DNA from: a bacterium
GTDB lineage: Bacteria > UBA8248
Direction of reading: 5' to 3'
DNA length: 64,000 nucleotides
Assembly (NCBI GenBank): GCA_965213625.1
Contig: CBDBZU010000004.1
Coordinates: forward strand, 384,001 to 448,000
In this document: piece by piece, positions 19,263-31,518 of the stretch
Numbering within the stretch: position 1 is the stretch's first letter
Layout: every line of letters begins with the position of its first letter
The notes under the pieces: model-generated
Database searches by the model: none
The model's input: the letters and a program-made list of their open reading frames with translations, nothing else
Told to the model about the DNA's origin: nothing
Position numbers and translations under genes: made by a program

Positions 19263-20426
19263 TCAGGCCAGTTTTCGCTGCAGCCAGTCGTAGATGTAGG
19301 TCGTCCCCAACGTCATGTTGTCGCGCTGGCAGTGTTGCGCGCCGCCTTCTTTCGCCGTGAAAACCTTGAAAGTCTTATCCTTTGAACCCGCTGCGTTGAA
19401 CAGCTTCCTGGCGTCGCGCATGGGTATCTGCTTATCCTCCGCCCCGTGGACCAGCAGGAAGGGGCATCGCATCTTCTGAACCACGCCATCCAGGCGAAAA
19501 CCCTCGAGTTTTTCGAGCGCCTCCTCCGCGGTTTTCGCGTCCATGATCCACAGGATGTGATGATCGGGCACCGCGTGAAGCGAAGTGCCCCAGGCCGCGA
19601 GACGCTTTTTCCAGGTGGCGTGGTAGTCCCATATCGCCCCCCATGCGACGCAGGCCTTATAGCGATGGTCCATGCTCGCCGCTCTCGGGGCGTAGTACCC
19701 CCCCGCGCTGAGCGCGATGATGGCCGCTTGCTTCGCGTTCACGTCCCCTCTTGTTTCGAGATAATCGAGCGCTGCGCTGCCGGCAATTTCATAGTCATGG
19801 CGCAGGTAGAGGTTCCTGAACCGTGCGGCCTCGCCCGAACCAGGACCGTCTACGACGAGGCAACTCATCCCGCGCGCAACCAGGCTCTCCACCCCCCGGA
19901 CGTAGACGAGTTCCTTGGTGTTGTCGAGGCCGTCGAAAAAGACCACGACGGGCGGCTTTTTCCTTCTCGTGTTCTCGGCGTGAACGAGCCAGGCGGGCAG
20001 CGATGCGCCGTTCTCGTAGGGAATCTCGACGCGCTCGATTCGCGGCGTATCCGCCAGGCCGGCAAAGCGCTCGAAACAATCGAGTGATTTTCTGAATACG
20101 GTGTGGCCACGCCTGTCCTTAGGCGTGCGGAAGCGCTCTCCCATCTGATAGTAGACGCACGCCCTCAGGTGATGGGCGGCCGCGGTGAGGTGCGAGCCAT
20201 CGCTCTCCGCCGCCAGACCGAGCTTGCGAACGCGGTCGCCCATGCGCACCCACTCGCGGAACCAGGCCTCGTCATCCCCCGGTTCTTGGGCGAGTCGACG
20301 GCCCACCCGGTCGACTTCTCCGATTTCGGAAGCACCCCACCGCGCGCACGAAATCATGAAGCACACCGCCGAGGACCACCGGTAATTTTCGGGGAAATAA
20401 GTGAACCAGTTCTCCTCCGCCGGCAT
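19263..20426 (-). CDS. Alpha/beta hydrolase, DHPON-hydrolase-like (paralog 2)
   Basis: DGLDNTKE, ALSAGGYYAPR, HGAED, GGAQHCQ; start ATG at 20426. Confidence 0.85.
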   Translation of the reverse strand: MPAEENWFTYFPENYRWSSAVCFMISCARWGASEIGEVDRVGRRLAQEPGDDEAWFREWVRMGDRVRKLGLAAESDGSHLTAAAHHLRACVYYQMGERFRTPKDRRGHTVFRKSLDCFERFAGLADTPRIERVEIPYENGASLPAWLVHAENTRRKKPPVVVFFDGLDNTKELVYVRGVESLVARGMSCLVVDGPGSGEAARFRNLYLRHDYEIAGSAALDYLETRGDVNAKQAAIIALSAGGYYAPRAASMDHRYKACVAWGAIWDYHATWKKRLAAWGTSLHAVPDHHILWIMDAKTAEEALEKLEGFRLDGVVQKMRCPFLLVHGAEDKQIPMRDARKLFNAAGSKDKTFKVFTAKEGGAQHCQRDNMTLGTTYIYDWLQRKLA

Positions 20427-20556
20427 ATCCGCCAAAATCCCGCCTCCTGCGTATCTGGGGCATATCACTACTGCCAGGTGAACCTTCTTGAAGATTGAGG
20501 CTATGATATACCCACCTAAAACTTGAATCCACTCGATGACGCCGTGAGGAGGAACC

Positions 20557-21918
20557 ATGACGACGGGAGGGCTTTCCGAGGTATTCGCCTACATCGACGC
20601 GCACGCGGAGCAGACGGTGGCGGATCTGTGCGAACTCTGCCGCCAGCCGAGCATCTCCACCACCCATATCGGGATAGAGGGGATGGCCGTGCTCATGCAG
20701 GAACGCCTGGAGCGAACGGGCTTCGACGTCACCCGCCATGAAACCTCTCACAACCCCATCTTCACCGGCTTTCTGCCGGGGCGCTCGGGTAAAACGCTTC
20801 TCTTCTACAACCACTACGACGTTCAGCCGCCGGACCCCGAGGGTGAATGGATAAGCCCGCCGTTCGAGCCCGCGATCCGCGACGGCCACGTCTTTGCCCG
20901 GGGGGCGACGGACAACAAGGGCAACATCATGAGCCGCCTGGCCGCCTTCGAGGCTTTCCTGGCCGTGCGCGGGGAGCTTCCCTGCAACGTCAAGTACCTG
21001 ATCGAGGGTAACGAGGAGATGAGCAGTCCCTCCCTGCGCCACTTCGTTCCCGAAAACGCAGAACTCCTCTCAGCGGACGGCTGCATCTGGGAGGACACCT
21101 TCCGCGAGGACGCCCCCGTACTCTCACTCGGCAACAAGGGGATGTGCTACCTGGAGCTAAGCTGCCAGACGGCAAACGTGGATTTTCACAGCAGCCACGC
21201 CCAGATTTACGAGAACGCCGGCTGGCGGCTTACCTGGGCACTGGGCACGATGAAGGACGAGAACGAAAACATCCTGATAGACGGCTATTTCGATGAGGTC
21301 GCCCCGCTGAACGAGTCCGAAGAGGCCCTCATCGAGAAGATAAAATCCTATGATGCCGATGAGCGCATGAAAAAATTCGAGCTCAGGCGCTTTCTACTCG
21401 ATCTGCCCGGCGAGGAATTGCCGAGGCGGCATCTGACGAATCCCAGCTTCAACATCGCAGGCCTGAACGCGGGCTACACCGGGCAGGGTCGAAAGACCAT
21501 CGTCGCGGGACGCGCGAGCGCGAAGATCGACTGCCGTCTCGTGGTGGCCCAGACGCCCGAGCACATCTACGGGTGCGTGCGCCGCCATCTGGACAAGCAC
21601 GGCTTCAAGGACATCGAGGTCGAAATGCTGGGAACGGGCTCTTACCCCGCCAAGAGCGACCCGGATAGTACCGTCGTCAAAGCGTGCCAGGCGGCGTCGA
21701 GAGAGGTCTATGGCAAGGAGGCGATCATCAACCCCTTCGGCAGCGGTAGCACACCGACCTGGACGATCATCCGCCACCTGGGAATTCCGCTTTGCTCAAC
21801 CGGGGTGGGCTACATCACAGCGCGTACACACAGCGTGAATGAGAACCTCAAGATCGAACACCTGATCGAAGGCGCGAAATACATGGCGGCCATCTGCGAG
21901 CGCTTCGCCGCCTCCTGA
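20557..21918 (+). CDS. M20/M25/M40 family metallo-amidohydrolase
   Basis: YNHYDVQP, ARGATDNKG, EGNEE and HSVNE metal-ligand motifs. Confidence 0.9.
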   Translation: MTTGGLSEVFAYIDAHAEQTVADLCELCRQPSISTTHIGIEGMAVLMQERLERTGFDVTRHETSHNPIFTGFLPGRSGKTLLFYNHYDVQPPDPEGEWISPPFEPAIRDGHVFARGATDNKGNIMSRLAAFEAFLAVRGELPCNVKYLIEGNEEMSSPSLRHFVPENAELLSADGCIWEDTFREDAPVLSLGNKGMCYLELSCQTANVDFHSSHAQIYENAGWRLTWALGTMKDENENILIDGYFDEVAPLNESEEALIEKIKSYDADERMKKFELRRFLLDLPGEELPRRHLTNPSFNIAGLNAGYTGQGRKTIVAGRASAKIDCRLVVAQTPEHIYGCVRRHLDKHGFKDIEVEMLGTGSYPAKSDPDSTVVKACQAASREVYGKEAIINPFGSGSTPTWTIIRHLGIPLCSTGVGYITARTHSVNENLKIEHLIEGAKYMAAICERFAAS

Positions 21919-21927
21919 AGCGAGAGG

Positions 21928-23103
21928 CTAGGCTTTCAGCTTTTCCGCCAGCCAGTCGCAGATGTAGGGCACGGCGAGTGGCACATTGTCCATCTGGCAG
22001 TGCTGCGCGCCGCCCTCCTCGTTCCTGAAAACGCGCAGCGTCTTGTCCTTCGAACCCACCAGGCGGAACAGCGCGCGGGCCGCTTCCAGAGAGACCTGCT
22101 GATCATCCTCGCCATGCACGAGAAGATAGGGGCAGCGCATTTTCTGTACGACACCGTCCAGGCGGAAATCCTCGAGTTTTTCGAGCGCCTCTTCCACCGT
22201 CTTCGCGTTCAGTATCCAGAGGATGTGGTGCGGCGGAACGGACAGCGCGCTCTTGTAAGCCGCCTCGATGCGTCGCTTCCAGCGTTCGTGATAATCAGGC
22301 TCCGCCCCCCAGCCCACGCAGGCCTTGAAGCGCTTCTCCATACTCGCGTTTCTGGGAGCGTAGTATCCGCCCAGGCTGATGCCCATGACGCCGGCGCGCT
22401 TCGCGTTCACGTCATCGCGCGTCTCGAGATAATCGAGCGCGGCAGCACCCGCCACCTCGTGGTCATAGCGGAGATAGAGCTTGCGGAAACGGATGGACTC
22501 GCCGTTGCCGGGCGCGTCCACAATCAACACGCTCATCCCCCGTCGAATGAGGTCCTCGACGCCCAGCATGTACTGAATCTCTTTCGTGACGTCGAGTCCG
22601 TCGAAAAACACGACGACAGGCGGTTTCGCCTTTTTCGTGTTCTGCGCATGAACGAGCCAGGCGGGCAGCGCAGCGCCGCCCTCGAAGGGAATCTCGACGC
22701 GCTCGATCTTTGGGCTATCCACCAGGCCGGCGAAGCGCGCAAAGCTATCGAGCGATTTCCGGTAAGCGGCGAGCGCCTTTCTGTCCTTGGGCGTTCTAAA
22801 CCGCTCGCCGAGCTGATAATAGGTGCAGGCGCGCTTGAAAAGTGCAGCGGCTGTGAGACGATTTCCCTTACGCTCCGCCGCCAGTCCCAGCCTGCGGACG
22901 CGATCTCCCATCCCGGTCCACTCATCGAACCAGGCTTCGTCGTCTCCCACCTTGTCTTTCAAGCGCTTGCCGACCTGATCGATCTCCCCCATCGACGCCC
23001 CGCCCCAGTAGGAGACGGAACATGCCATGCTCACCGCCGCCGACCAGCGGTACTCTTCCGGGAAATACGCGAACCAATCGGCGCGCCCTATCGCTTTGGC
23101 CAC
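21928..23103 (-). CDS. Alpha/beta hydrolase, DHPON-hydrolase-like (paralog 3)
   Basis: DGLDVTKE, GISLGGYYAPR, HGEDD, GGAQHCQ. Confidence 0.85.
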   Translation of the reverse strand: MAKAIGRADWFAYFPEEYRWSAAVSMACSVSYWGGASMGEIDQVGKRLKDKVGDDEAWFDEWTGMGDRVRRLGLAAERKGNRLTAAALFKRACTYYQLGERFRTPKDRKALAAYRKSLDSFARFAGLVDSPKIERVEIPFEGGAALPAWLVHAQNTKKAKPPVVVFFDGLDVTKEIQYMLGVEDLIRRGMSVLIVDAPGNGESIRFRKLYLRYDHEVAGAAALDYLETRDDVNAKRAGVMGISLGGYYAPRNASMEKRFKACVGWGAEPDYHERWKRRIEAAYKSALSVPPHHILWILNAKTVEEALEKLEDFRLDGVVQKMRCPYLLVHGEDDQQVSLEAARALFRLVGSKDKTLRVFRNEEGGAQHCQMDNVPLAVPYICDWLAEKLKA

Positions 23104-23162
23104 CTGCTTGCTCCTTTCGATATGAAAAAGACCGCGCCATCATCGGATGCGGCCCGAATACC

Positions 23163-23495
23163 CTACTCCTCGTTCCCGGGAATGAGCGCCTCGCGAGGCG
23201 GGCTGTAAATCCCGATGTAACGGATGGGCGTGAGCGCATCCACCTGATGCACGAGGTCTGGTTCGACGTGTATCGCCTGGCCCGCCTTAATCTCGCGCTC
23301 CTCATCGCCCAGGCGGAAGCGCGCCCGGCCTTCAAGGAGATAGATCATCTGCTCGTTCGGGTGGCTGTGCTCCGTGGTGGAACCCGCATCGCGCTCGACG
23401 TATACGAGCATCAGATTCTCGCCCACGATCACGCGGCGCTTGTAACCCTCGAGTTGTTTGTAATCCACTTCCTGCAAATCGTAAAAACCGCCCAT
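23163..23495 (-). CDS. Cupin-domain protein
   Basis: HSHPNEQMIYLLEG and GQAIHVEPDLVH motifs, SPPRE C-terminus. Confidence 0.87.
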   Translation of the reverse strand: MGGFYDLQEVDYKQLEGYKRRVIVGENLMLVYVERDAGSTTEHSHPNEQMIYLLEGRARFRLGDEEREIKAGQAIHVEPDLVHQVDALTPIRYIGIYSPPREALIPGNEE

Positions 23496-23531
23496 CCCTC
23501 ACCTCCTGAAAAAATACGGCTCAATCCACGC

Positions 23532-24326
23532 TCATCGCCCCGAAAAGTGGGGCGGTCTCTTCTCCATGAAAGCCCTTCTGCCCTCAACGTAATCCGCACT
23601 CTCGAAACAAGCCTGGACCGCCGCTTGAACCGCATCCACGTCGCGCTCCGCCTCGTCTTTTTGCGCCTCGGTGATGGCCGTCTTGTATGCCCGGACGGAC
23701 AAGGGGGCGTTCGCTGCGATTTTCGCGGCCAGTGCGCGGACGTTCTCTTCGAGTTCATCCGCGGGCGCGACGCGGTTCACGAGGCCGAATTCGAGCGCTT
23801 GACGCGCGGAATATCTTTCTGCGGAAAAGGTCATCTCCTTGGCGCGCGCAGGCCCCACCAGCGCGATGAGCTCCCTCATGCTCTCGTGTCCGTAGGCCAT
23901 GCCGAGCCGAGCCGCCGGAACCCCGAAACGGGCGTCTTCTGAAGCGATGCGGATGTCCGCGCTCAGGGCGAGCGTGAGACCGCCGCCCAGACAGTAGCCG
24001 TGGATCATGGCGAGCAGGGGTTTGCCGAGGTTCGTCAGGCTGCGCTTGGCGCTCCACAACACGCTCGAGTAGTGCTTCACCTTATCGGGGTCGTTGCGGC
24101 TCTTCTCGAACTCGGAGATGTCGGCCCCCGAGACGAAGGCCTTCTCCCCGGCGCCGCGCATGACGACGACGCGCACAGCATCGTCCGTCTCGAAGGATTC
24201 GATGATCTGCGGAATCGCTTCCCACATATCGAGGCTCACGGCATTTCTCTTCGCCGGGTTGTTAAAGATCATCCAGCCGACGCCGTCCTCGACCTTCGCC
24301 AGCATCTTCTCGGTAACTGGCTTCAC
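23532..24326 (-). CDS. Enoyl-CoA hydratase/isomerase family protein
   Basis: NNPAKRNA, AFVSGADISEF, GYCLGGG, EGRRAFMEKRPP. Confidence 0.9.
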   Translation of the reverse strand: MKPVTEKMLAKVEDGVGWMIFNNPAKRNAVSLDMWEAIPQIIESFETDDAVRVVVMRGAGEKAFVSGADISEFEKSRNDPDKVKHYSSVLWSAKRSLTNLGKPLLAMIHGYCLGGGLTLALSADIRIASEDARFGVPAARLGMAYGHESMRELIALVGPARAKEMTFSAERYSARQALEFGLVNRVAPADELEENVRALAAKIAANAPLSVRAYKTAITEAQKDEAERDVDAVQAAVQACFESADYVEGRRAFMEKRPPHFSGR

Positions 24327-25510
24327 ACCACGCCCTCCTCGCGCAACGCCTCGATTTGCGCGGTGTCATACCCAAAATGCTCCTGCAGCAACTCCTCGGT
24401 GTGCTCGCCCGGTTCGGGCGCGGCGGAGCGCATGGGCTGGGGACTTTTGCCCATCTTGAGCGCCTGGCCCACGACCCGCATCTCCCCGAGTTTGGGATGA
24501 TGGACCTCTGGCGCCATGCCCAGCGTCTCCACCTGAGGGTCGGCCATCGTCTGATCCACCGAATAGATGGGGCCGCATGGAATCCCCGCCTCGTTCAGGA
24601 GCGCCACCCATTCCCCGGTTATTTTCCGAGATGTCAGGGCGTTGATGCGCGCATTCAGGGCGTCACGGTTCACGAGGCGGCTCTCCCTGTCCGCGTAGTC
24701 GGGATTCTCCGCCAACTCCGGTGCGCCGATCGCGCGGGTCAGACGCTCCCACAGGCGCTGCCCGCCCGCCTGGATGTTGATGAGGCCGTCCGCCGTCTCG
24801 AACACTCCGGTGGGGATGAACGTGGGGTGGTTGTTGCCCGCCTGGCCGGGGACCTCCCCCGCCATCAGGTAGCGAGCCATCTGCAAGTCCATCATCTGAA
24901 TCTGCGCCTCTAAAAGGGAGGTGTGCACCCAGCGTCCCTCACCTGTCCTCTCTCGGTCGAGCAGGGCAATCAAAATCCCCTGGGCGAGAATCATCCCGGC
25001 GGATAAATCAGATACCGCAACCCCCACGCGCATCGGCCCGCCCCCCGGCGCACCCGTGACCGACATCAGCCCGCTCATGCCCTGGGCTATCTGGTCGAGC
25101 CCTGGCCTCTCGGCGTAGGGGCCCGCCTGCCCGAAACCGGAGATGCTCCCGTAGACGATTCCAGGATTCACCCGCCGCACCGCCTCATAGTCGATTCCGA
25201 GCCGCTCCTTCACACGGGGGCGATAGTTCTCGACGATGACGTCGACGCGTTTTGCGAGCGCAAAGAAAATCTCCCTGCCCTTTTCAGTTTTCAAATTCAG
25301 CGTAAGGCTTTTCTTGTTGCGGTGTAAGTTCTGGAAATCGAACCCGTGCCTGCGCCCGCCCATCACGTCGACCCCCATCGAGGCGGGAAGCTCTATCTTG
25401 ATGACCTCCGCTCCCCAGTCGGCGAGTTGGCGCACCGCCGTGGGTCCAGAGCGGGCCTGTGTGAGGTCGAGCACCTTGAAGCGAGCGAGCGGCAGATACG
25501 GTTCGGTCAC
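24323..25510 (-). CDS. Family III CoA-transferase (CaiB/BaiF)
   Basis: KVLDLTQARSGP, LADWGAEVIKIE, RNKKS, ENYRP, SISGFGQ, VAVSD. Confidence 0.92.
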   Translation of the reverse strand: MTEPYLPLARFKVLDLTQARSGPTAVRQLADWGAEVIKIELPASMGVDVMGGRRHGFDFQNLHRNKKSLTLNLKTEKGREIFFALAKRVDVIVENYRPRVKERLGIDYEAVRRVNPGIVYGSISGFGQAGPYAERPGLDQIAQGMSGLMSVTGAPGGGPMRVGVAVSDLSAGMILAQGILIALLDRERTGEGRWVHTSLLEAQIQMMDLQMARYLMAGEVPGQAGNNHPTFIPTGVFETADGLINIQAGGQRLWERLTRAIGAPELAENPDYADRESRLVNRDALNARINALTSRKITGEWVALLNEAGIPCGPIYSVDQTMADPQVETLGMAPEVHHPKLGEMRVVGQALKMGKSPQPMRSAAPEPGEHTEELLQEHFGYDTAQIEALREEGVV

Positions 25511-25724
25511 GATGGAGACTCCACCTGATGTGAGGGAACATCCGGGTTTTGAGCAACTTTCACGATTTATGAGTGTTTGGGCGTATCTTAGCAGGTTTCG
25601 GGAGGAGGCCTAAACGCACCGGGGGTATACTTTCATTTTCCACGCGAAAAACTTCGTGGACGCCAATAATGCCTTGCGTCAAGTCAGAGGTGTCAATTTC
25701 AGGCAACGAGTGATTCATCTCGAA

Positions 25725-26668
25725 TCGATAACGCTCCTTTCTCAGTCGCGTTCTACCTTCGGCGGCTACTCAGGGTGAAGTCGTTTCGGTAGCCAAAAAT
25801 GACGAGGGGTACGCGTTCCCTAGCAGAACCGGGATTTTCAACAGCCCCCTTGTCAGGGTCAAAACCGACCGAAGAGGGAGGTATTGCGAGACGATGTGTT
25901 TCTCGTATATGGCTTATGCAAACGCTCGTTCCTCACTCGCGTTCGACCCCCCGACAAGGGGGTGTTTTTCATCGGGCATTCCCCTCGGGATGTCCGACCC
26001 CTCAAAGGGGGAGTGGATGTCCCCTACTCCCTGGTTAGTAAAACCCTTAATTGATCGAACCCATTAGAAAAAGAGGGACAGGTCGCGACCTGTCCCTACA
26101 AAACCTGCAAGACTCCTTTGTTGTACTTTCTCAACAACCCTTCATCAGTCGCATTTTCCCGCATTTGCGATCAGGGGAGAGGAGGCGGACGGCAGTATCC
26201 TGAAAGATTTGCGCGCTTCACGAATGCCTCATCCCGGCGGCGCGAACGCCCCGCATTTGCGCGCATTTGCCGTCGCGGGAGAAGAAGCTGACGGGCGTAT
26301 CCTGAAAGGTTTGCGCGCGACGCGGTTTCCACTCGTGGGGGGGGAGTCCGGCTCCGGTTTCCACGAGGCCGGTGTGCGCATTTGCCCGCATCTGCGGTGG
26401 CGCTGCTCAGGGAGAGAGCGGGTATGATGGCGGAGCCGCGCGGTTCCTTCGGGAATCAGCAAACCCTTCCTCATCGGGCGGGTCAAACCCTCGCTCATCG
26501 CTCGGGTTTTATATCTGAAAATTTCGATAAAATTAGATAAATTCACGGGGTTTATCGTTAAATTTCAGGCAATTTATTTTCCTGGGAAATGACGCCGACG
26601 GGTCGCAGCGCAGGGGAATTCTGCCATGGGCCGCCCGTTCCTTCATGACGGGAAATGCGGGGAGTTGC
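25725..26668 (-). repeat. Long non-coding repeat, copy A (inverted relative to 33829..34820)
   Basis: Reverse complement aligns with copy B along its length; the ORF track shows near-identical spurious peptides at 25799/34743 and 26209/34333. Confidence 0.95.
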
Positions 26669-26790
26669 GCACCCGCCTGGGGCGTTCGCGCGGCGCCGGG
26701 AGCGAAAGCGCAATCGGCCACGAATGGCGCACGTCACCCTCATTCGAGCGAAGCGCCCCAGGGGATGACGCCATAAGCAGCTGATTTCGC

Positions 26791-27567
26791 TTATTTTCCC
26801 TGGAAATCGGCGATCCTTTTCTCCAGGAACGCGGAGGCGCCCTCGAACTTGTCTTCCGTCGTCATGAGGCAGGCCTGGCCGAGGCGTTCAGCCACCATGC
26901 CGGCCTCGGGGCCGTACTTGAGGCCCGTGTTGATGGCGATTTTCGCGATGCGAACCGCCAGCGGGCCCTTGCTCATCATCTTTTCCGCGCATTTGCGCGC
27001 AGCTTCGAGCAACTCCCCGGCCGGGACGACCTGGTTCACCAGACCGATGCGGTGGGCCTCGCGCGCGTCGATGATGTCACCCGTCAGGATGAGTTCCTTC
27101 GCTTTGCCGACGCCCACCAGGGAGGCGAGCCTCTGGGTGCCGCCGGCTCCTGGCATGATGCCGAGGTTGACTTCGGGCTGGCCGAAACGGGCGGTTTCGC
27201 TCGCGATGCGGACGTCGCAAGCCATTGAAAGTTCACACCCTCCGCCCAGGGCGAAGCCGTTCACCGCGGCGATGACGGGCTTTTCGACCACCTCGAGGCG
27301 CATGAGGGCGCGCTGCGAAGGGGCGGCGAGGCCGTCGATGAGGCTTCGATTCTTAATCTGGGCGATGTCAGAACCGGCGGCGAAGCATTTATCGCCCGCG
27401 CCCGTGAAGATGATGACCTGAACGTCATCGTCCGCTTCCAGTTCCTCCACCACGGCGCCCACTTCGCGCCAGGTCTTGGGGTCGAGCGCGTTCCGCTTCT
27501 CGGGGCGGTTGATGGTGATGAGCGCGATTCCTTGTGATATCTCGATCAACAGGTTGTCATACGGCAT
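26791..27567 (-). CDS. Enoyl-CoA hydratase (crotonase-like)
   Basis: INRPEKRNAL, AAVNGFALGGGCEL, GQPEVNLGIMPGAGGTQRL with both catalytic Glu; start ATG at 27567. Confidence 0.92.
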   Translation of the reverse strand: MPYDNLLIEISQGIALITINRPEKRNALDPKTWREVGAVVEELEADDDVQVIIFTGAGDKCFAAGSDIAQIKNRSLIDGLAAPSQRALMRLEVVEKPVIAAVNGFALGGGCELSMACDVRIASETARFGQPEVNLGIMPGAGGTQRLASLVGVGKAKELILTGDIIDAREAHRIGLVNQVVPAGELLEAARKCAEKMMSKGPLAVRIAKIAINTGLKYGPEAGMVAERLGQACLMTTEDKFEGASAFLEKRIADFQGK

Positions 27568-27795
27568 TTCGTCGAACTCCTTTTGCGTTGCGTATGTGGA
27601 CATCTCCATGGTGAGGAGAGACGTGGATGCGTGAATCGATGAGAAGATAGCCCATGGAACGGCGTGCGTCACCTGACGGCGCGATTGGCGGCATTCCATG
27701 GAAATTTGAAAAATCTACTCCAGCCGGTGGCCGCACTCACCAACAAACGTAAATAAACAAATAAAATCAGAGAGTTGCCTGAGAGCACCTTATTG

Positions 27796-27822
27796 TTAGC
27801 AGCCGAGTGACTTGAGTGCTAA
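27796..27822 (+). promoter_or_regulatory. CIRCE element (HrcA operator)
   Basis: TTAGCAGCC-N9-GAGTGCTAA versus consensus TTAGCACTC-N9-GAGTGCTAA, upstream of groES. Confidence 0.9.
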
Positions 27823-27828
27823 TAGCGC

Positions 27829-27857
27829 TTGACAAACATTCTCTTTTTCCATATACA
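27829..27857 (+). promoter_or_regulatory. Sigma70 promoter of groESL
   Basis: TTGACA-N17-TATACA immediately after CIRCE. Confidence 0.6.
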
Positions 27858-27970
27858 GAATCGCGCAGAAGGAATGGGTCAAGTATTCGGGATAGCGTTT
27901 CTCCCGGAACTCGATCCTCCAGATATAAGAGATTCAACGAAACAGCAACATATCTACCAATAAGGAGGAA

Positions 27971-29952
<1,982 letters not shown>

Positions 29953-29970
29953 GTTGTAGTTCTGTAGTTC

Positions 29971-30001
29971 AAAAGGGGGCCTCTCGGGGCCCCCTTTTTT
30001 T
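29971..30001 (+). terminator. Rho-independent terminator of groESL
   Basis: AAAAGGGGGCC-TCTCGG-GGCCCCC followed by a T tract. Confidence 0.88.
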
Positions 30002-30144
30002 ATGGAGATTTTACTGCCGGGTGCTTTGTGGGGCGGATATTCGTTTCACAAGACTAAAACTTGGCGGGTTTCGAGGTTTCATTCCGCTGGTTTGCCTTCT
30101 CGAATGTATTCAAGCGATGATAATGATCGAGTAGAGAGGGATGT

Positions 30145-31404
30145 ATGGCGAGAGATAAACCAAAAAGACTTCCTTTCACCCTTTTCCTGGTATCGTTATC
30201 CTTGCACCTGCTCGTATTCGCGGCCTCGAGTCATGAATACGCCTGGAAAAAACCTGCCAAGGTAAGCCGGCCTCTCAAGTTTCGAGTCGTTTCCGTCGAG
30301 AAGCCCGAGGAAAAACTTCCCCCGAATCCCCAAAGTCGGTTTTTATCGAACGCCAACCGAAAAGAAAGTGGTTCCGGCAAACCCAGCAAGACCCCACGCT
30401 TAAAGCGCGAAACCAAAGACCAGGTTCCTTCTAGGAAAAGTGGGCTTGGTCCTAAGGTAGCGTCTTTAGCCCCAGCTCCAAAACCGGAGGCACAGGCTCC
30501 AGCCGTCTTGCCGGTGAGACCAAAACCCCCGGCAGTGGTAACACCAATACCTCAGATAAAAAAGGTGGAAAAATCGGACGAAAGGAAACCTCCTGAAACT
30601 AAAGAAACGAATGAAACGCCAAAGTCAAAGGAAACCGCGAGACTTGCTCCTGTGTCCAAACCATTATCTGAGGGCCCATCCATTGTTCCTGAAACAAAGA
30701 TAAAACCTGAAGAAAAGTCAAAAGTGCGCGGAAAACCAGAAAAGAAAAAAATAGAAACCCAAGCGGTTCCAACAAAGAAGCGTAAGCCCAGGCCGGTGGC
30801 CAAGAATAAAAAGCCAAAGAAGGTTGTCGAGAAAAAGCCTCAGAAGGAGAACAAGAGAGTCGAGGCGAAGAGAGAAACCAAGGAGAAACTGAATTTGGCT
30901 GCATTGAAGCCTGTTTCTCGACCGATTCCACCGCAGCGGCTAGCCTTGAAGCGGCCTAAACCCAAAGACCCTTTAGCGCTATTTCGAGTCAAGCCACGGC
31001 CCGAAGGCAAGCCCAATCTCCCAAAATTCGATCTCTCAGACGAGGTAGCGGACAGAATCGCGAAAAAAAGCTTATCGGATAACGACATGGAAAAAGAAGA
31101 AGGGGAGACAATTTCGCTTGATACGCGTGATTTTCGCTACGCTTCTTATTTCGCTCATATCAAGAGAAGAATCCAAAACGCCTGGATATGGCCTGCCGAG
31201 GCGCAAAGAAACAGGGGCAAGTTGTTGTTGCGCTTTAAGCTGAGAGAAAATGGAACTCTGGAGGAATTGCGTCTGATCAAGTCTGCAGGCGTACGAATTC
31301 TCGATGATTTGGCGATGGCCGCCGTTACCAAGGCGGCGCCGTTTGAGCCGTTTCCTGAAGGCCTCGATCGCAAGACCATAACAGCCACGTTTGTGTATGA
31401 CTGA
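30145..31404 (+). CDS. TonB/TolA-like protein with long Lys/Pro-rich linker
   Basis: N-terminal TM with SLSLHLL (SHLS motif), K/P/E-rich linker, TonB_C-like end (YFAHIKRRIQNAW..SAGVRILDDLAMAAV..AAPF). Confidence 0.8.
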   Translation: MARDKPKRLPFTLFLVSLSLHLLVFAASSHEYAWKKPAKVSRPLKFRVVSVEKPEEKLPPNPQSRFLSNANRKESGSGKPSKTPRLKRETKDQVPSRKSGLGPKVASLAPAPKPEAQAPAVLPVRPKPPAVVTPIPQIKKVEKSDERKPPETKETNETPKSKETARLAPVSKPLSEGPSIVPETKIKPEEKSKVRGKPEKKKIETQAVPTKKRKPRPVAKNKKPKKVVEKKPQKENKRVEAKRETKEKLNLAALKPVSRPIPPQRLALKRPKPKDPLALFRVKPRPEGKPNLPKFDLSDEVADRIAKKSLSDNDMEKEEGETISLDTRDFRYASYFAHIKRRIQNAWIWPAEAQRNRGKLLLRFKLRENGTLEELRLIKSAGVRILDDLAMAAVTKAAPFEPFPEGLDRKTITATFVYD

Positions 31405-31518
31405 ACTGAACGGGAGTATCGTTTCCGCATCTTGGGGTGATCTATTTGGTTGACACCTTCTGGTGCGGATTCTAGGATGATTTTTTCGACGATTCATCGC
31501 TAAACAGAGGACTTCCCT

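Noticed and set aside
25799-26743. Short ORFs in repeat arm A (and counterparts at 33722..34743) as genes or transposase
   Set aside because: No RBS or recognisable domain, no DDE/HUH motif, and ORF boundaries differ between the two copies
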